Positions 49,179 through 58,478 of a stretch of 64,000 nucleotides of DNA are shown piece by piece. The stretch lies in IMG/VR virus record IMGVR_UViG_3300031885_000006, positions 12,890-76,889 of that record; one strand, given 5' to 3'. The stretch is from a virus. Both the position numbers and the translations under genes were made by a program. The first letter of the stretch is position 1. The number at the start of each line of letters is the position of its first letter. The notes under the pieces were generated by a model. The model was not told the DNA's origin. It searched no databases and saw nothing but the letters and a program-made list of their open reading frames with translations.

Positions 49179-50411
49179 TTATTCCAAATGATTTGTTTTA
49201 ACTGCGGATTGTAAAAATGAAAAATCGGTATGAGGTGCCCAATAAGCGTACTTCCAACTGATACCGTGCATCAATACTATTTTGATCATTAAATGTTGGA
49301 CATCAAATAGCTTAGCAGCAAGTATTGAAAAACTACTATCTGCTCCGATGAAATACTTGCCTTTTTTTAGGATCTCGATAGATTCAAAAATGTCAGTTTG
49401 GCCAGAGCAATCAATAATACTAGGATGGTCAGGAACTGGTTCTCGTTTGTCGTTTAAGACCACGCCTGTTATTTTCTTTCGTTCTAGAAACCGTATGACT
49501 TCTTCCCAATCAGATGTCAATAAATTCCTAGAAACGCCTTCATAAATACTGCCATCTAGATTCCTAAAATTGCTCGATGCATAAGGACAAATTACAACAT
49601 ATTCTATGGGAAGGTCAATACTAATATCTGATAATTTATAATTTAACCAACTTGATTTATTATAAGCCACATGTCCAGCAGCGAATTGCGGGAAAATTGT
49701 AAATATTCCAAAATCAACAGCATTTAAAAACTCTGGATGGTCCGACTGGCAATCCGCCTTATTTGCAATATAAGGTCGTTCGCTAAAATCATCCCATACC
49801 ACAACATGCTTTTTTATGTTGTAACAAGGCAGAACCGAAAATAACTTTTGCAATACCTGCGATTGCTTGGTCGCATAACAAATAGTTTCTATGTTTGATT
49901 TAATGTCGTCGCTTAGAAAACTATCAATTGCAAAAATATCACCAATGCCGCCAGTAAGAAAAATAGACTTAGCATTTAAATCTATTTTTGGAACTTTCTC
50001 ATGACAATGACACTTGGCATCGCAACCAATTACTTGAATGTTGCCCACAGCAAACAATTCTGCCAAGTCATTAATTCCCACCTCGGCAAAACCATATTTG
50101 AAATCTGGATGCGTGTATTTTCCACCATATTGATGCACTTTGTTATCAAATGTGCCAAATGTAGTTTTTTTACACGCAAAGACAACTTCAAAATAATTTT
50201 GCCCTGGCACTTTATGGGCAGTCGCCGCAAAGAGGACGCCTGATCTTATGTATTCTACAAGATAAGTTGAGTATAATTGTCCATTTTCATCCAATGGAAT
50301 TAAATAAAAGCCAGATCGCTCTGGCTTTTCTATTTTCAAAATACATTGATTGGGATCATCGCCCTCCACCATATAATACATATATGGATAATTATAACAA
50401 TATCCGTCCAT
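49179..50411 (-). CDS. Glycosyltransferase family 9-like, with N-terminal extension
   Basis: GGIGD, ICPYAS, D.SGQT and FIGADSS..ILAA. Confidence 0.6.
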   Translation of the reverse strand: MDGYCYNYPYMYYMVEGDDPNQCILKIEKPERSGFYLIPLDENGQLYSTYLVEYIRSGVLFAATAHKVPGQNYFEVVFACKKTTFGTFDNKVHQYGGKYTHPDFKYGFAEVGINDLAELFAVGNIQVIGCDAKCHCHEKVPKIDLNAKSIFLTGGIGDIFAIDSFLSDDIKSNIETICYATKQSQVLQKLFSVLPCYNIKKHVVVWDDFSERPYIANKADCQSDHPEFLNAVDFGIFTIFPQFAAGHVAYNKSSWLNYKLSDISIDLPIEYVVICPYASSNFRNLDGSIYEGVSRNLLTSDWEEVIRFLERKKITGVVLNDKREPVPDHPSIIDCSGQTDIFESIEILKKGKYFIGADSSFSILAAKLFDVQHLMIKIVLMHGISWKYAYWAPHTDFSFLQSAVKTNHLE

Positions 50412-52870
50412 TAAACCTCTTGTGTAGATACTTTAGCTACTTTAACTACAGATTCATGATCATCTAATTTAACTATTTTAACACCACTCGTAGTGCGTCC
50501 CGTCTCTCTAATATCTTGTAAGTCTATTCTAATGCATTTGCCACTTGAAGTAAGTGCAAGCAATGAATCTCCCTTCGATACAGCACATGCCCCAATTATA
50601 TCCCCATTTTTAACTAAAGTTTGCTTTTTAATTACAGAATAGCCTTTGACATTTTTATTGGTCAAAGCACGATATTCTTTTGCAGAAGTCCTCTTGGCAA
50701 AACCGCCACTTGTAACCACCAATACATCTGGCGTGTCCTTAACTTCTAGTGTAAACACCTGAGCCACTGTATCATCCAAATCTAAACGCATTGCACGACT
50801 ACCTCTTGTCGTCCGACCTTGGATCGGAACGATCTTCTCGTTGTATCTCACACACTGCCCCTTAGCAGTGACGATAAATACATCCTTTTTGCCATCCGTC
50901 ACACAAGCAAATGCTACTTGGTCGCCCATCCCCAATTGAATAGCGGCAATGCCACTGTTCTTTCTGATGGTGTTGTATTCTTTAATCTCGCTCTTTTTAA
51001 TCACACCGTTCGTAGTGACAATCACTAAATAACCAGATTCATCAATGCTTTTGATGCTAACCATGTTGGTCACAAATTCACCAGCAGCAAGATTCAACAT
51101 ATTGCTGGCGTGCAATCCCTTGCCAGTCTTAGACCCCTGAGGAATCTCATAAGCCTTACGTTGATACAAAATGCCAAGATTGGTAAAGAACAACACCAAA
51201 CTTTTGCTGTTGGCTTCAAACATTTCAAAAATGTTTTCTGGCTTATCCGACTTGCTCACAGCTATTGAACCGGCTCCACCACGAGCTTGAAGCTTATAGC
51301 TATCCAAAGATACAGACTTCACATACCCGTCGCCAGTAAGCGATATCAATAATTGCTCGTCTTTGACCAAATCCTCATCGGCAATATCTTCTGCATCTCC
51401 GACTATTTGGGTGCGACGATCATCACCCAACTTCTTGGCAAGCTCTTCCTGCTCCTGCACAATCAACTTCAATATTTCAGATGTATCTTTTAATATGCTG
51501 TTCAACCATTTAATTCTGTCAGTGAGTTTATTTAACTCATCAACAAGCTTGTTGACCTCTAATTTTGACAGTTGTCTCAACGTCAAAGCCAAAACGGCTT
51601 TCGCCTGCTCAACAGTTTTTACATATTTTTTAGATAGCAAATCCTCTTCTGGATTATCCGAACTTCTAATTAATTTGATAACAGCATCCAGAACATCAAA
51701 GATGCCAATCAAACCTTCCAAAATGTGAATTCTATTTTTAGCACGAGTCAATTCCGCCGTGTACTTGTTGGTCAGCATTAACTTTCTGTGATCAACAAAC
51801 GCCGAAACCAACTCCAATAAATTGGCATCTGGAACTACCTTGCCATCAACAAGCACAGTGTGATTTACAGCAATCTTCTTTCTCAAACAAGTCTGCTTGA
51901 GAAGCTGATTCAAAACCAGATTTGGATTGCCGCTCTTGGCAATGTAAATAACAACCCTAATGCCCGTCTTCTTTGAAGACAGATTTTTCAAATCAGAAAT
52001 GCCAGTTATGACTTCGTCGTCAACTAGCTTCTTAATTTGAGTGCATAATTGATCTGGGCTGATTTGATAAGGCAATTCAGTAACTACAATCGAATTGCCT
52101 TTGCCATCTCGCTCTATAGCATACGTGCCTTCAAGTGTTATCTTGCCATGACCTGTCTTGTAATAATCAATAACACCCTGTCTTCCTAAAATTTTTCCTC
52201 CTGAAGGAAAATCAGGACCGGGCATAATTTTGACTAATTTTTCACAAGTGACATCGGGGTTCTCAATGTACTTTTTAATGACGGCCACAACTTCTCGATG
52301 GTTGTGGGGCAAGATCTTTGTCGCCCAACCAACCGCCACGCCTTCTGAGCCGTTAACCAATAAATTAGGCAACATCGACGGAAGAATAGTGGGCTCTTTA
52401 CGTTTTTCATTGTAATTTAAAACATAAGGAACCACATCTTCAGACAAATCCGCAAGCATCGCTTCTCCGAAACGAGAAAGCTTTGCCTCGGTATATCGCA
52501 TAGCGGCTGGAGGGTCGCCGTCAACATTACCGAAATTACCCTGGCCAATCAAAAGAGGATATCGCAGAGCCCATGACTGCACCATGCGGTACATCGTCGG
52601 GTAAACAACAGCTTCGCCATGTGGATGATAATTTCCACTGATGTCACCGCAAATTTTAGCCGACTTTTCTGTGGCTCCATTTGCTGTTAATCCCAAATCA
52701 TTAATGGCGATCAACACTCGACGCTGAGATGGCTTCAAACCATCTCGAACGTCAGGTAGAGCCCGTTGCTCTAGCGTCATGAAAGCATACAACGTAAATC
52801 TTGAATCAAGAACTGTCGCCAGTTCTTCCTCAGACATAAGTTGATCTGCGGTGTCTAATTTTTTCGCCAT
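50411..52870 (-). CDS. gyrA: DNA gyrase subunit A
   Basis: ALPDVRDGLKP, YHPHGE, AAMRYTE, GPDFP and a beta-pinwheel CTD with GyrA-box-like QARGGAG. Confidence 0.95.
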   Translation of the reverse strand: MAKKLDTADQLMSEEELATVLDSRFTLYAFMTLEQRALPDVRDGLKPSQRRVLIAINDLGLTANGATEKSAKICGDISGNYHPHGEAVVYPTMYRMVQSWALRYPLLIGQGNFGNVDGDPPAAMRYTEAKLSRFGEAMLADLSEDVVPYVLNYNEKRKEPTILPSMLPNLLVNGSEGVAVGWATKILPHNHREVVAVIKKYIENPDVTCEKLVKIMPGPDFPSGGKILGRQGVIDYYKTGHGKITLEGTYAIERDGKGNSIVVTELPYQISPDQLCTQIKKLVDDEVITGISDLKNLSSKKTGIRVVIYIAKSGNPNLVLNQLLKQTCLRKKIAVNHTVLVDGKVVPDANLLELVSAFVDHRKLMLTNKYTAELTRAKNRIHILEGLIGIFDVLDAVIKLIRSSDNPEEDLLSKKYVKTVEQAKAVLALTLRQLSKLEVNKLVDELNKLTDRIKWLNSILKDTSEILKLIVQEQEELAKKLGDDRRTQIVGDAEDIADEDLVKDEQLLISLTGDGYVKSVSLDSYKLQARGGAGSIAVSKSDKPENIFEMFEANSKSLVLFFTNLGILYQRKAYEIPQGSKTGKGLHASNMLNLAAGEFVTNMVSIKSIDESGYLVIVTTNGVIKKSEIKEYNTIRKNSGIAAIQLGMGDQVAFACVTDGKKDVFIVTAKGQCVRYNEKIVPIQGRTTRGSRAMRLDLDDTVAQVFTLEVKDTPDVLVVTSGGFAKRTSAKEYRALTNKNVKGYSVIKKQTLVKNGDIIGACAVSKGDSLLALTSSGKCIRIDLQDIRETGRTTSGVKIVKLDDHESVVKVAKVSTQEV

Positions 52871-53223
52871 TAAATTCTTTCGTAAACCGTAATCGTTTTC
52901 TCTACCGGCTTAACTTCGTAAAAATCCATTGCATCATCTAACTGGCTACCATCGTATGAACTGTAATAGCCATCTGCTTGGAAAATACGATCTCCAAACT
53001 TCCATCTCCAGGTATAACCGTCATGGTCATCATCCGAACTACGCTCGCTATCCATGAAGGCAAACTTTAATTCAGATTCCAAAAAGGCTTTGACCTTTTC
53101 AAAGCCGCCTTCTTCATCTTCTCCATAATAATAGCCTTCATTGCTAATGAATTCACTCCACACTTCCTCTCCAACATTTTCCAAAATAGCTTTTTTGAGT
53201 TCTTCTAAAGATAATTCGCTCAT
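52870..53223 (-). CDS. Acidic hypothetical phage protein (YSSYDG family), paralog 1
   Basis: G.YSSYDG...DFYEVKPV..T.YE. Confidence 0.7.
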   Translation of the reverse strand: MSELSLEELKKAILENVGEEVWSEFISNEGYYYGEDEEGGFEKVKAFLESELKFAFMDSERSSDDDHDGYTWRWKFGDRIFQADGYYSSYDGSQLDDAMDFYEVKPVEKTITVYERI

Positions 53224-53225
53224 TT

Positions 53226-53531
53226 TTAATCCTTTTCTCTATAAACAGTAATTTGCACAGCCTTCGCTTCATAAAAATCTTGAATCTTATCCATATAACA
53301 CCCGTCATACGAAGAGTATTCGCCACTAATTTGATACAATTGACCATTAAGCTTCCAAGTCCAATTGTAATACTCCCCCTGACGAGATGCATCAACGAAT
53401 TCAAACTTCAAACCAGTTTCTTCTTCAAATTCTTTGACGCCATCTTTATAATCGCCTTCGCTTTCAATCAATTCCTTGAAAGCACTAAAGTCATACTTCT
53501 CAATCAATTCTTTTATTTCAGCTAATTGCAT
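53226..53531 (-). CDS. Acidic hypothetical phage protein (YSSYDG family), paralog 2
   Basis: G.YSSYDG...DFYEAKAV.ITVY. Confidence 0.7.
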   Translation of the reverse strand: MQLAEIKELIEKYDFSAFKELIESEGDYKDGVKEFEEETGLKFEFVDASRQGEYYNWTWKLNGQLYQISGEYSSYDGCYMDKIQDFYEAKAVQITVYREKD

Positions 53532-53575
53532 TTCTTATTTTCCCTTCTTTCAATTTTGACGTTACATTGGTTTGC

Positions 53576-54256
53576 TCAAAGTAAATTCACCCTCGGTCCA
53601 AAATGGTTTTCATATGCTTTTACTTGCATTTTTGGATCATATGTTTCAATATACTTAGTTTTATTCTTTAATACAAGGTCGCATAAAAAATAAAACTTTT
53701 CCATAGAAAAAGCCCATTTCATAACATTGATATCTTTATGAACCCATTGAACATTTCCTTCAACATACCCCTCAGAATTGTCAATGCGATCTAAAGATGC
53801 TGTTTGCAACTGGGATTCTTTTTTATACATATGCCTAAATTCCAAAGGCAATTCGGTAATAGCACAATTTCTATTTTGTTTAAGAAAAACATCCCAACAA
53901 TAGTCAATACTTATTGACCATTCAAGATTTCTATCTTTAGCATCACGTTGCAAACGATTAAAATAAGATCCGCTTATTTCTCCATAACCCTTCCAGCATC
54001 GCTTTTGCATCATCTCTATTCTGTAACATCCACATGATTGATTGCCCCCCTTTTTCAGACATGTTGAATATTGTGTTGTTGTGTTTCCACAATCGCATTT
54101 GCATGTCCATCTATCACAACGACGTTTTCCATTTGGCGACAAAGCGTCATCCGCCCTTTCAATTACAACAAGTCTTCCAAATTTTTCTCCCACCAAATCT
54201 TTTCTTTTTTTAATCATAATCACCTTTACTATAAAATTAGGAACTATTTGCCGCAC
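53576..54256 (-). CDS. HNH-type homing endonuclease
   Basis: DLVGEKFGRLVV, W.CKCDCGN, SCGC and SLDRIDNSEGYVEGNVQWVHKDINVMK. Confidence 0.85.
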   Translation of the reverse strand: MRQIVPNFIVKVIMIKKRKDLVGEKFGRLVVIERADDALSPNGKRRCDRWTCKCDCGNTTTQYSTCLKKGGNQSCGCYRIEMMQKRCWKGYGEISGSYFNRLQRDAKDRNLEWSISIDYCWDVFLKQNRNCAITELPLEFRHMYKKESQLQTASLDRIDNSEGYVEGNVQWVHKDINVMKWAFSMEKFYFLCDLVLKNKTKYIETYDPKMQVKAYENHFGPRVNLL

Positions 54257-54257
54257 A

Positions 54258-55046
54258 TTATATAGTATTGATATTTTTTAAATTTTGATGAAATAATTCA
54301 ACAAAATTATGATCATCAGGTTTGCGGAGATTAAGCCAATTCATCGCAATATAACTCGCAAACCAACCCTTGGTCATTGATGTAATCAAAAGCTTACATG
54401 CTCTCTTATAAGCTACACTTCTGCTTGTCCTAAAATCCAAAGGAATTAAAAATCTCTCCAAGGCTGTAACGTAGATTTCTTCTCTACATAGTTTCAATTG
54501 GTCATCATAAGAAAGATCTAAAAACATGTTGTGATCAAGCATTGCAGAAGAACGATCTTTCTTTAACTTCTCAAACATAGGCTCATTATAATACGCAACC
54601 GCCCGATGGATGTCATCATGAACATATTTTCTATCAACTTTATCTTTAAAAAAATCATCATTTGTTTTCTTTAAGCAAGCACGTTTGCTTCCATGCAGCA
54701 AAGCCCAATCTTTATACAATTGTTTGAATAATTCGCAATCCAATGTGACATTGTTTTTTTGAAAAAACAAAATGTCAAACATTGTTTTTTCCCAATTAAT
54801 ATCCCAAAAACAATGCGACAATTTCAACGTATAAAGCTGTGATGGTGTTGCCACCTCTTCATTCTCATCAAATATACGACGTATGCCCACACCATTGTTG
54901 CAATTATGATATTCCACACCACTTTCATGATACGACAAATCATCAATCAAATAATCAACATCTTTCGATTCACGAAAATCTGGAAAATGTTGTTTGGCTG
55001 CCACCGAGCCAATCAAAACTAATTTCAAACCGTGTGAAGATTTCAT
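54258..55046 (-). CDS. Phage protein with nucleotidyltransferase-like N-terminus
   Basis: LIGS.A....DFR..KDVD (GS..DxD), LK.SH, HDDIH, ALERF and KGWF. Confidence 0.55.
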   Translation of the reverse strand: MKSSHGLKLVLIGSVAAKQHFPDFRESKDVDYLIDDLSYHESGVEYHNCNNGVGIRRIFDENEEVATPSQLYTLKLSHCFWDINWEKTMFDILFFQKNNVTLDCELFKQLYKDWALLHGSKRACLKKTNDDFFKDKVDRKYVHDDIHRAVAYYNEPMFEKLKKDRSSAMLDHNMFLDLSYDDQLKLCREEIYVTALERFLIPLDFRTSRSVAYKRACKLLITSMTKGWFASYIAMNWLNLRKPDDHNFVELFHQNLKNINTI

Positions 55047-56965
55047 TGCTTAATCACACTATTGACTTGATTGATAATATGTTTCTTACGAGGTGCGGCA
55101 TCAGTGCCCATCAAAACAGACACAATATGCTCTGAATTACCAGGATCGTTAATCTGCAATTGAATTAAACGTCTAACATCCGGCTGCATTGTCGTTTCCG
55201 CCAATTGCTCTGCATCCATTTCACCCAAACCTTTAAATCGCACAACCTTGGACTTAGCATGTTTCTTTGTTTCAGCTTGCATTTCCTCGTTGGTCCAACA
55301 ATACTTTTTAACCTTGCCAACCTCTACACAAAAAAGTGGCGGCTGAGCCAAATAAACATGACCACCCGCTACCAATGGCCGCATATACCGATAGAAAAAA
55401 GTCAACAATAAAGTGGCAATGTGACAACCATCCACGTCAGCATCCGCCATGATAATTACTTTATTATATCTCAATTTATCTAAATTGAAGTCATCTTTAA
55501 TTCCAGTCCCAATGGCAATAATTAAAGATACAATTTCTTTGTTATTTAACAAATCAGAAACATCATTCTTTTCGGCATTAATCACCTTGCCACGAACCGG
55601 AAGAATGGCTTGTATTTCTGGGTCTCTGCCGTCTTTCGCACTACCTGCCGCCGAATCACCTTCAACTATAAAAAGCTCTGACAATTCTTTTTTCTCAGTG
55701 TTACAATCATACAACTTTCCAGGCATACGATTGTTTTTGCCAAGAATGCCTTTTCTTTTAATTAATTCAGATGTCTTTTTAGCTGCTGTTCTGGCCTCTT
55801 GTGCCAGCAATGCTCTTTCAACGATCTTCTTTAAAACGCCAGCATTCTTATCAAAATAGCTGGTCAATAGATTTATCGTTAAATTGCTAACTACGGTTTC
55901 AACTTCGACGCTTCCCAATTTAGATTTTGTTTGAGATACAAATTCTGGTCTAGGAAATCGAATGCTGATAATGGCAACCAATCCCTCTCTGACATCGTCG
56001 CCATTTAAATTTGTGCCATTATCTTTAATTAATTTGTGTTGACGAGCAAAATTGTTAATCACCCTTGTCAATGCAGTTTTGAATCCGCTGACATGGGTGC
56101 CACCGTCGCTGGTAATAATGTTATTGACAAATGACAAAATGGATTCATCATCTTCTTCAGAATAGACCAAGGCAATTTGCACACCACATTGCCCAGAACG
56201 AGAAGTTAAATCTACTTTGCCTTCTCCATAAATTACATCAGTGGGATATAAGCCAGCTTTGCCTTGACACAAAAATTTTGTGTAATCAGCAATGCCGCCA
56301 GTATAATAAAATGTTTCTTTAAAATTAGTGGCTTGATTAACGTAATTAAGTTTCAAACCACGATTCAAGAAAGCCATTTCTCTAATTCGACGCACAATCC
56401 AATTATCATCTATTTTTGGATTATTTTTAAATACAGATGGATCAGCATGCCATGTTATTTTGGTGCCCGTTTTACCTTTTTTGCATTCTGATATTTTAGA
56501 AACTTTACTGGTGGGCTTGCCTGCCGAATAAGTTTGACGCCACAAATAACCTTCTCGAAACACTTCTGCCGTCAAGCTATCTGAAAGGGCATTTACGCAA
56601 CTAGCACCAACACCATGCAAACCGCCAGAAGCTTCATAGGTTCCGCCGCTTTCATTAAATTTACCACCGGCATGCAAGGTGGTCATAACTAATTCTAAAG
56701 CGGATTTCTTTTCTGTTGGATGTAGATCAACTGGAATTCCACGACCGTTATCTTCTACAGAAACAGTCTCTCCATCTTTATCGACATTAAGCCAAATTTC
56801 AGTACAATGGCCAGCCATCGCCTCATCGATAGAATTATCAATGATTTCCCAAACAAGATGGTGCAAGCCTTTGCGGTCTGTATCGCCAACATACATGCCG
56901 GGATTTTTACGTACAGCTTCCAAGCCCTTCAAAACAGAAATTTGAGATGCGTTATAGTTATCCAT
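55043..56965 (-). CDS. gyrB: DNA gyrase subunit B
   Basis: GLEAVRKNPGMY, EIIDNSIDE, DNGRGIP, LHAGGKF, GLHGVG, VEGDSA, DADVDG and FKGLGEM. Confidence 0.96.
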   Translation of the reverse strand: MDNYNASQISVLKGLEAVRKNPGMYVGDTDRKGLHHLVWEIIDNSIDEAMAGHCTEIWLNVDKDGETVSVEDNGRGIPVDLHPTEKKSALELVMTTLHAGGKFNESGGTYEASGGLHGVGASCVNALSDSLTAEVFREGYLWRQTYSAGKPTSKVSKISECKKGKTGTKITWHADPSVFKNNPKIDDNWIVRRIREMAFLNRGLKLNYVNQATNFKETFYYTGGIADYTKFLCQGKAGLYPTDVIYGEGKVDLTSRSGQCGVQIALVYSEEDDESILSFVNNIITSDGGTHVSGFKTALTRVINNFARQHKLIKDNGTNLNGDDVREGLVAIISIRFPRPEFVSQTKSKLGSVEVETVVSNLTINLLTSYFDKNAGVLKKIVERALLAQEARTAAKKTSELIKRKGILGKNNRMPGKLYDCNTEKKELSELFIVEGDSAAGSAKDGRDPEIQAILPVRGKVINAEKNDVSDLLNNKEIVSLIIAIGTGIKDDFNLDKLRYNKVIIMADADVDGCHIATLLLTFFYRYMRPLVAGGHVYLAQPPLFCVEVGKVKKYCWTNEEMQAETKKHAKSKVVRFKGLGEMDAEQLAETTMQPDVRRLIQLQINDPGNSEHIVSVLMGTDAAPRKKHIINQVNSVIKQ

Positions 56966-57045
56966 GTATTTCCCTAAAAATGAATTGGGTGAATGCACAC
57001 CCTACCATATACATCGTAACTTGTAAAGCTATACTTTAGCGGCAC

Positions 57046-57456
57046 TTACTTCAATCTGCCTAATGTCAGATGAAAATTAAACTTTTTATGAGGCAATCCT
57101 AAAGCATCTCTAAAAACATGAAGTTGCGGACACCAAACATCCAGCCAAGCATGACAATTGTTATCAGTTCGCACAATATTAGAATAATAAAATTTTATTC
57201 TGTCATGCTTAAATCCCCAAAGATTTTTGTTTTCAGGTTCTTCACCTTTAACCCAACTAATGTGCGGACCCCAAGCATTGCCCTTGTCTATTGGTTTTCC
57301 CCATTTGTGACAAAGCCATGAATAAAAATCAATAATCCCATGAGCCTCACAAATAACCAAGCTCCACCAAGGCTCATATAATTTGGGATCGTTTTTACGA
57401 GGATCATAAACGATCCTGCCATATGAATAATATGGAAAATATGTTTCGCTTCTCAT
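57046..57456 (-). CDS. 2H phosphoesterase-like protein
   Basis: Two Hx(S/T) motifs, PHISW and FHLTL. Confidence 0.6.
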   Translation of the reverse strand: MRSETYFPYYSYGRIVYDPRKNDPKLYEPWWSLVICEAHGIIDFYSWLCHKWGKPIDKGNAWGPHISWVKGEEPENKNLWGFKHDRIKFYYSNIVRTDNNCHAWLDVWCPQLHVFRDALGLPHKKFNFHLTLGRLK

Positions 57457-57484
57457 TATCGGGAATCGGCTGATGCTTTCATGT

Positions 57485-57754
57485 TTATTCTAAAATTGAT
57501 TTTCCGAAAAATTTTATAAGAGATGCTTCCAACTGCAATTTTGCAGATTTATAGACCTTCCAAGCAGCCTTCGTTTCAGCCTCTTTTGAAGCCCGATCAG
57601 AGACGCCATAAAACTCATGACACATTTTCAAATCCGCATATTTCATTTGCAAATTATAAATGAGATGCAAAGCCGATTCAACAGCTTTTATATTTTTTAA
57701 AATATCTACGGGATAATTTTCACCAAAGCTACCACCAAAACCACAATCTATCAT
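57485..57754 (-). CDS. Hypothetical protein
   Basis: SD AAGGA; 89 aa. Confidence 0.55.
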   Translation of the reverse strand: MIDCGFGGSFGENYPVDILKNIKAVESALHLIYNLQMKYADLKMCHEFYGVSDRASKEAETKAAWKVYKSAKLQLEASLIKFFGKSILE

Positions 57755-57835
57755 AACATTCCTTTGTATTTGTTATTTTTAAACTTTTGCCGTCCATGTT
57801 ACCTCGCTAAATTAGTGGCCCGTTTTTCATAATAG

Positions 57836-58393
57836 CTATGCGCCGAAGGCGTTGTTTTCCACTACCGCCCGACAAAATTTCAAAACTTCTTGCCCTGCCC
57901 ATCCATTTTTTGCATATTGTGCAATTAAAGCGACAAATTGAATATTATCTTTAGTGTATCCTTTAGAACTATCTATTCTATCTAAACTTGCACGATCTGG
58001 TGTCGTTGACAAACATGTGCCATTCGTTGTTTTTTCTGAAATTTTCAATTGCCAACCTGTATAAGGACAAATCCCTTTCTGTTTTTCCCATTGTGACTTC
58101 AAATCTTCCAATGTGATTGAAACAATTCTGTCTTTCTTTTTTTTACTTTTATTTCTATGTTTGCAACTTCCTTTTGCCGATGAAAGAAATTTTCTGAACG
58201 GTGAAAACTCGTCACATGTTCGCCAAGGAGTCAAATGTTCATGAACTCGCTTTTCTCCTAGATTTGAAAGGTTAACTTTACCTTGACACTCTCTAGAGCA
58301 AAAAACTCTTCTTCCTATTTTTTTATTTCTATTTACTTCACTAGTTGAACGAAAAAATTCTTTTTCGCAAACCTCACATATTAATTTTATCAT
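57836..58393 (-). CDS. Free-standing HNH-like endonuclease next to the tmRNA
   Basis: CEVC..FCS.EC, QKGICPYTG and ASLDRIDSSKGYTKDNIQFV; SD GGAGG before ATG 58393. Confidence 0.8.
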   Translation of the reverse strand: MIKLICEVCEKEFFRSTSEVNRNKKIGRRVFCSRECQGKVNLSNLGEKRVHEHLTPWRTCDEFSPFRKFLSSAKGSCKHRNKSKKKKDRIVSITLEDLKSQWEKQKGICPYTGWQLKISEKTTNGTCLSTTPDRASLDRIDSSKGYTKDNIQFVALIAQYAKNGWAGQEVLKFCRAVVENNAFGA

Positions 58394-58440
58394 AACTACC
58401 TCCACGATATGTATGCATGGAGCCGATGATAAAAACAAAA

Positions 58441-58476
58441 AAACTCCGCTCAGATACATGTATCTGAGCGGAGTTT
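58441..58476 (-). terminator. tmRNA terminator (perfect 36-bp palindrome)
   Basis: aaactccgctcagatacatgtatctgagcggagttt, followed by a U-tract on the minus strand. Confidence 0.85.
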
Positions 58477-58478
58477 AG

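Noticed and set aside
58394-58459. N-terminal extension of the HNH ORF given in the track
   Set aside because: It starts inside the terminator palindrome; a GGAGG SD supports ATG 58393.
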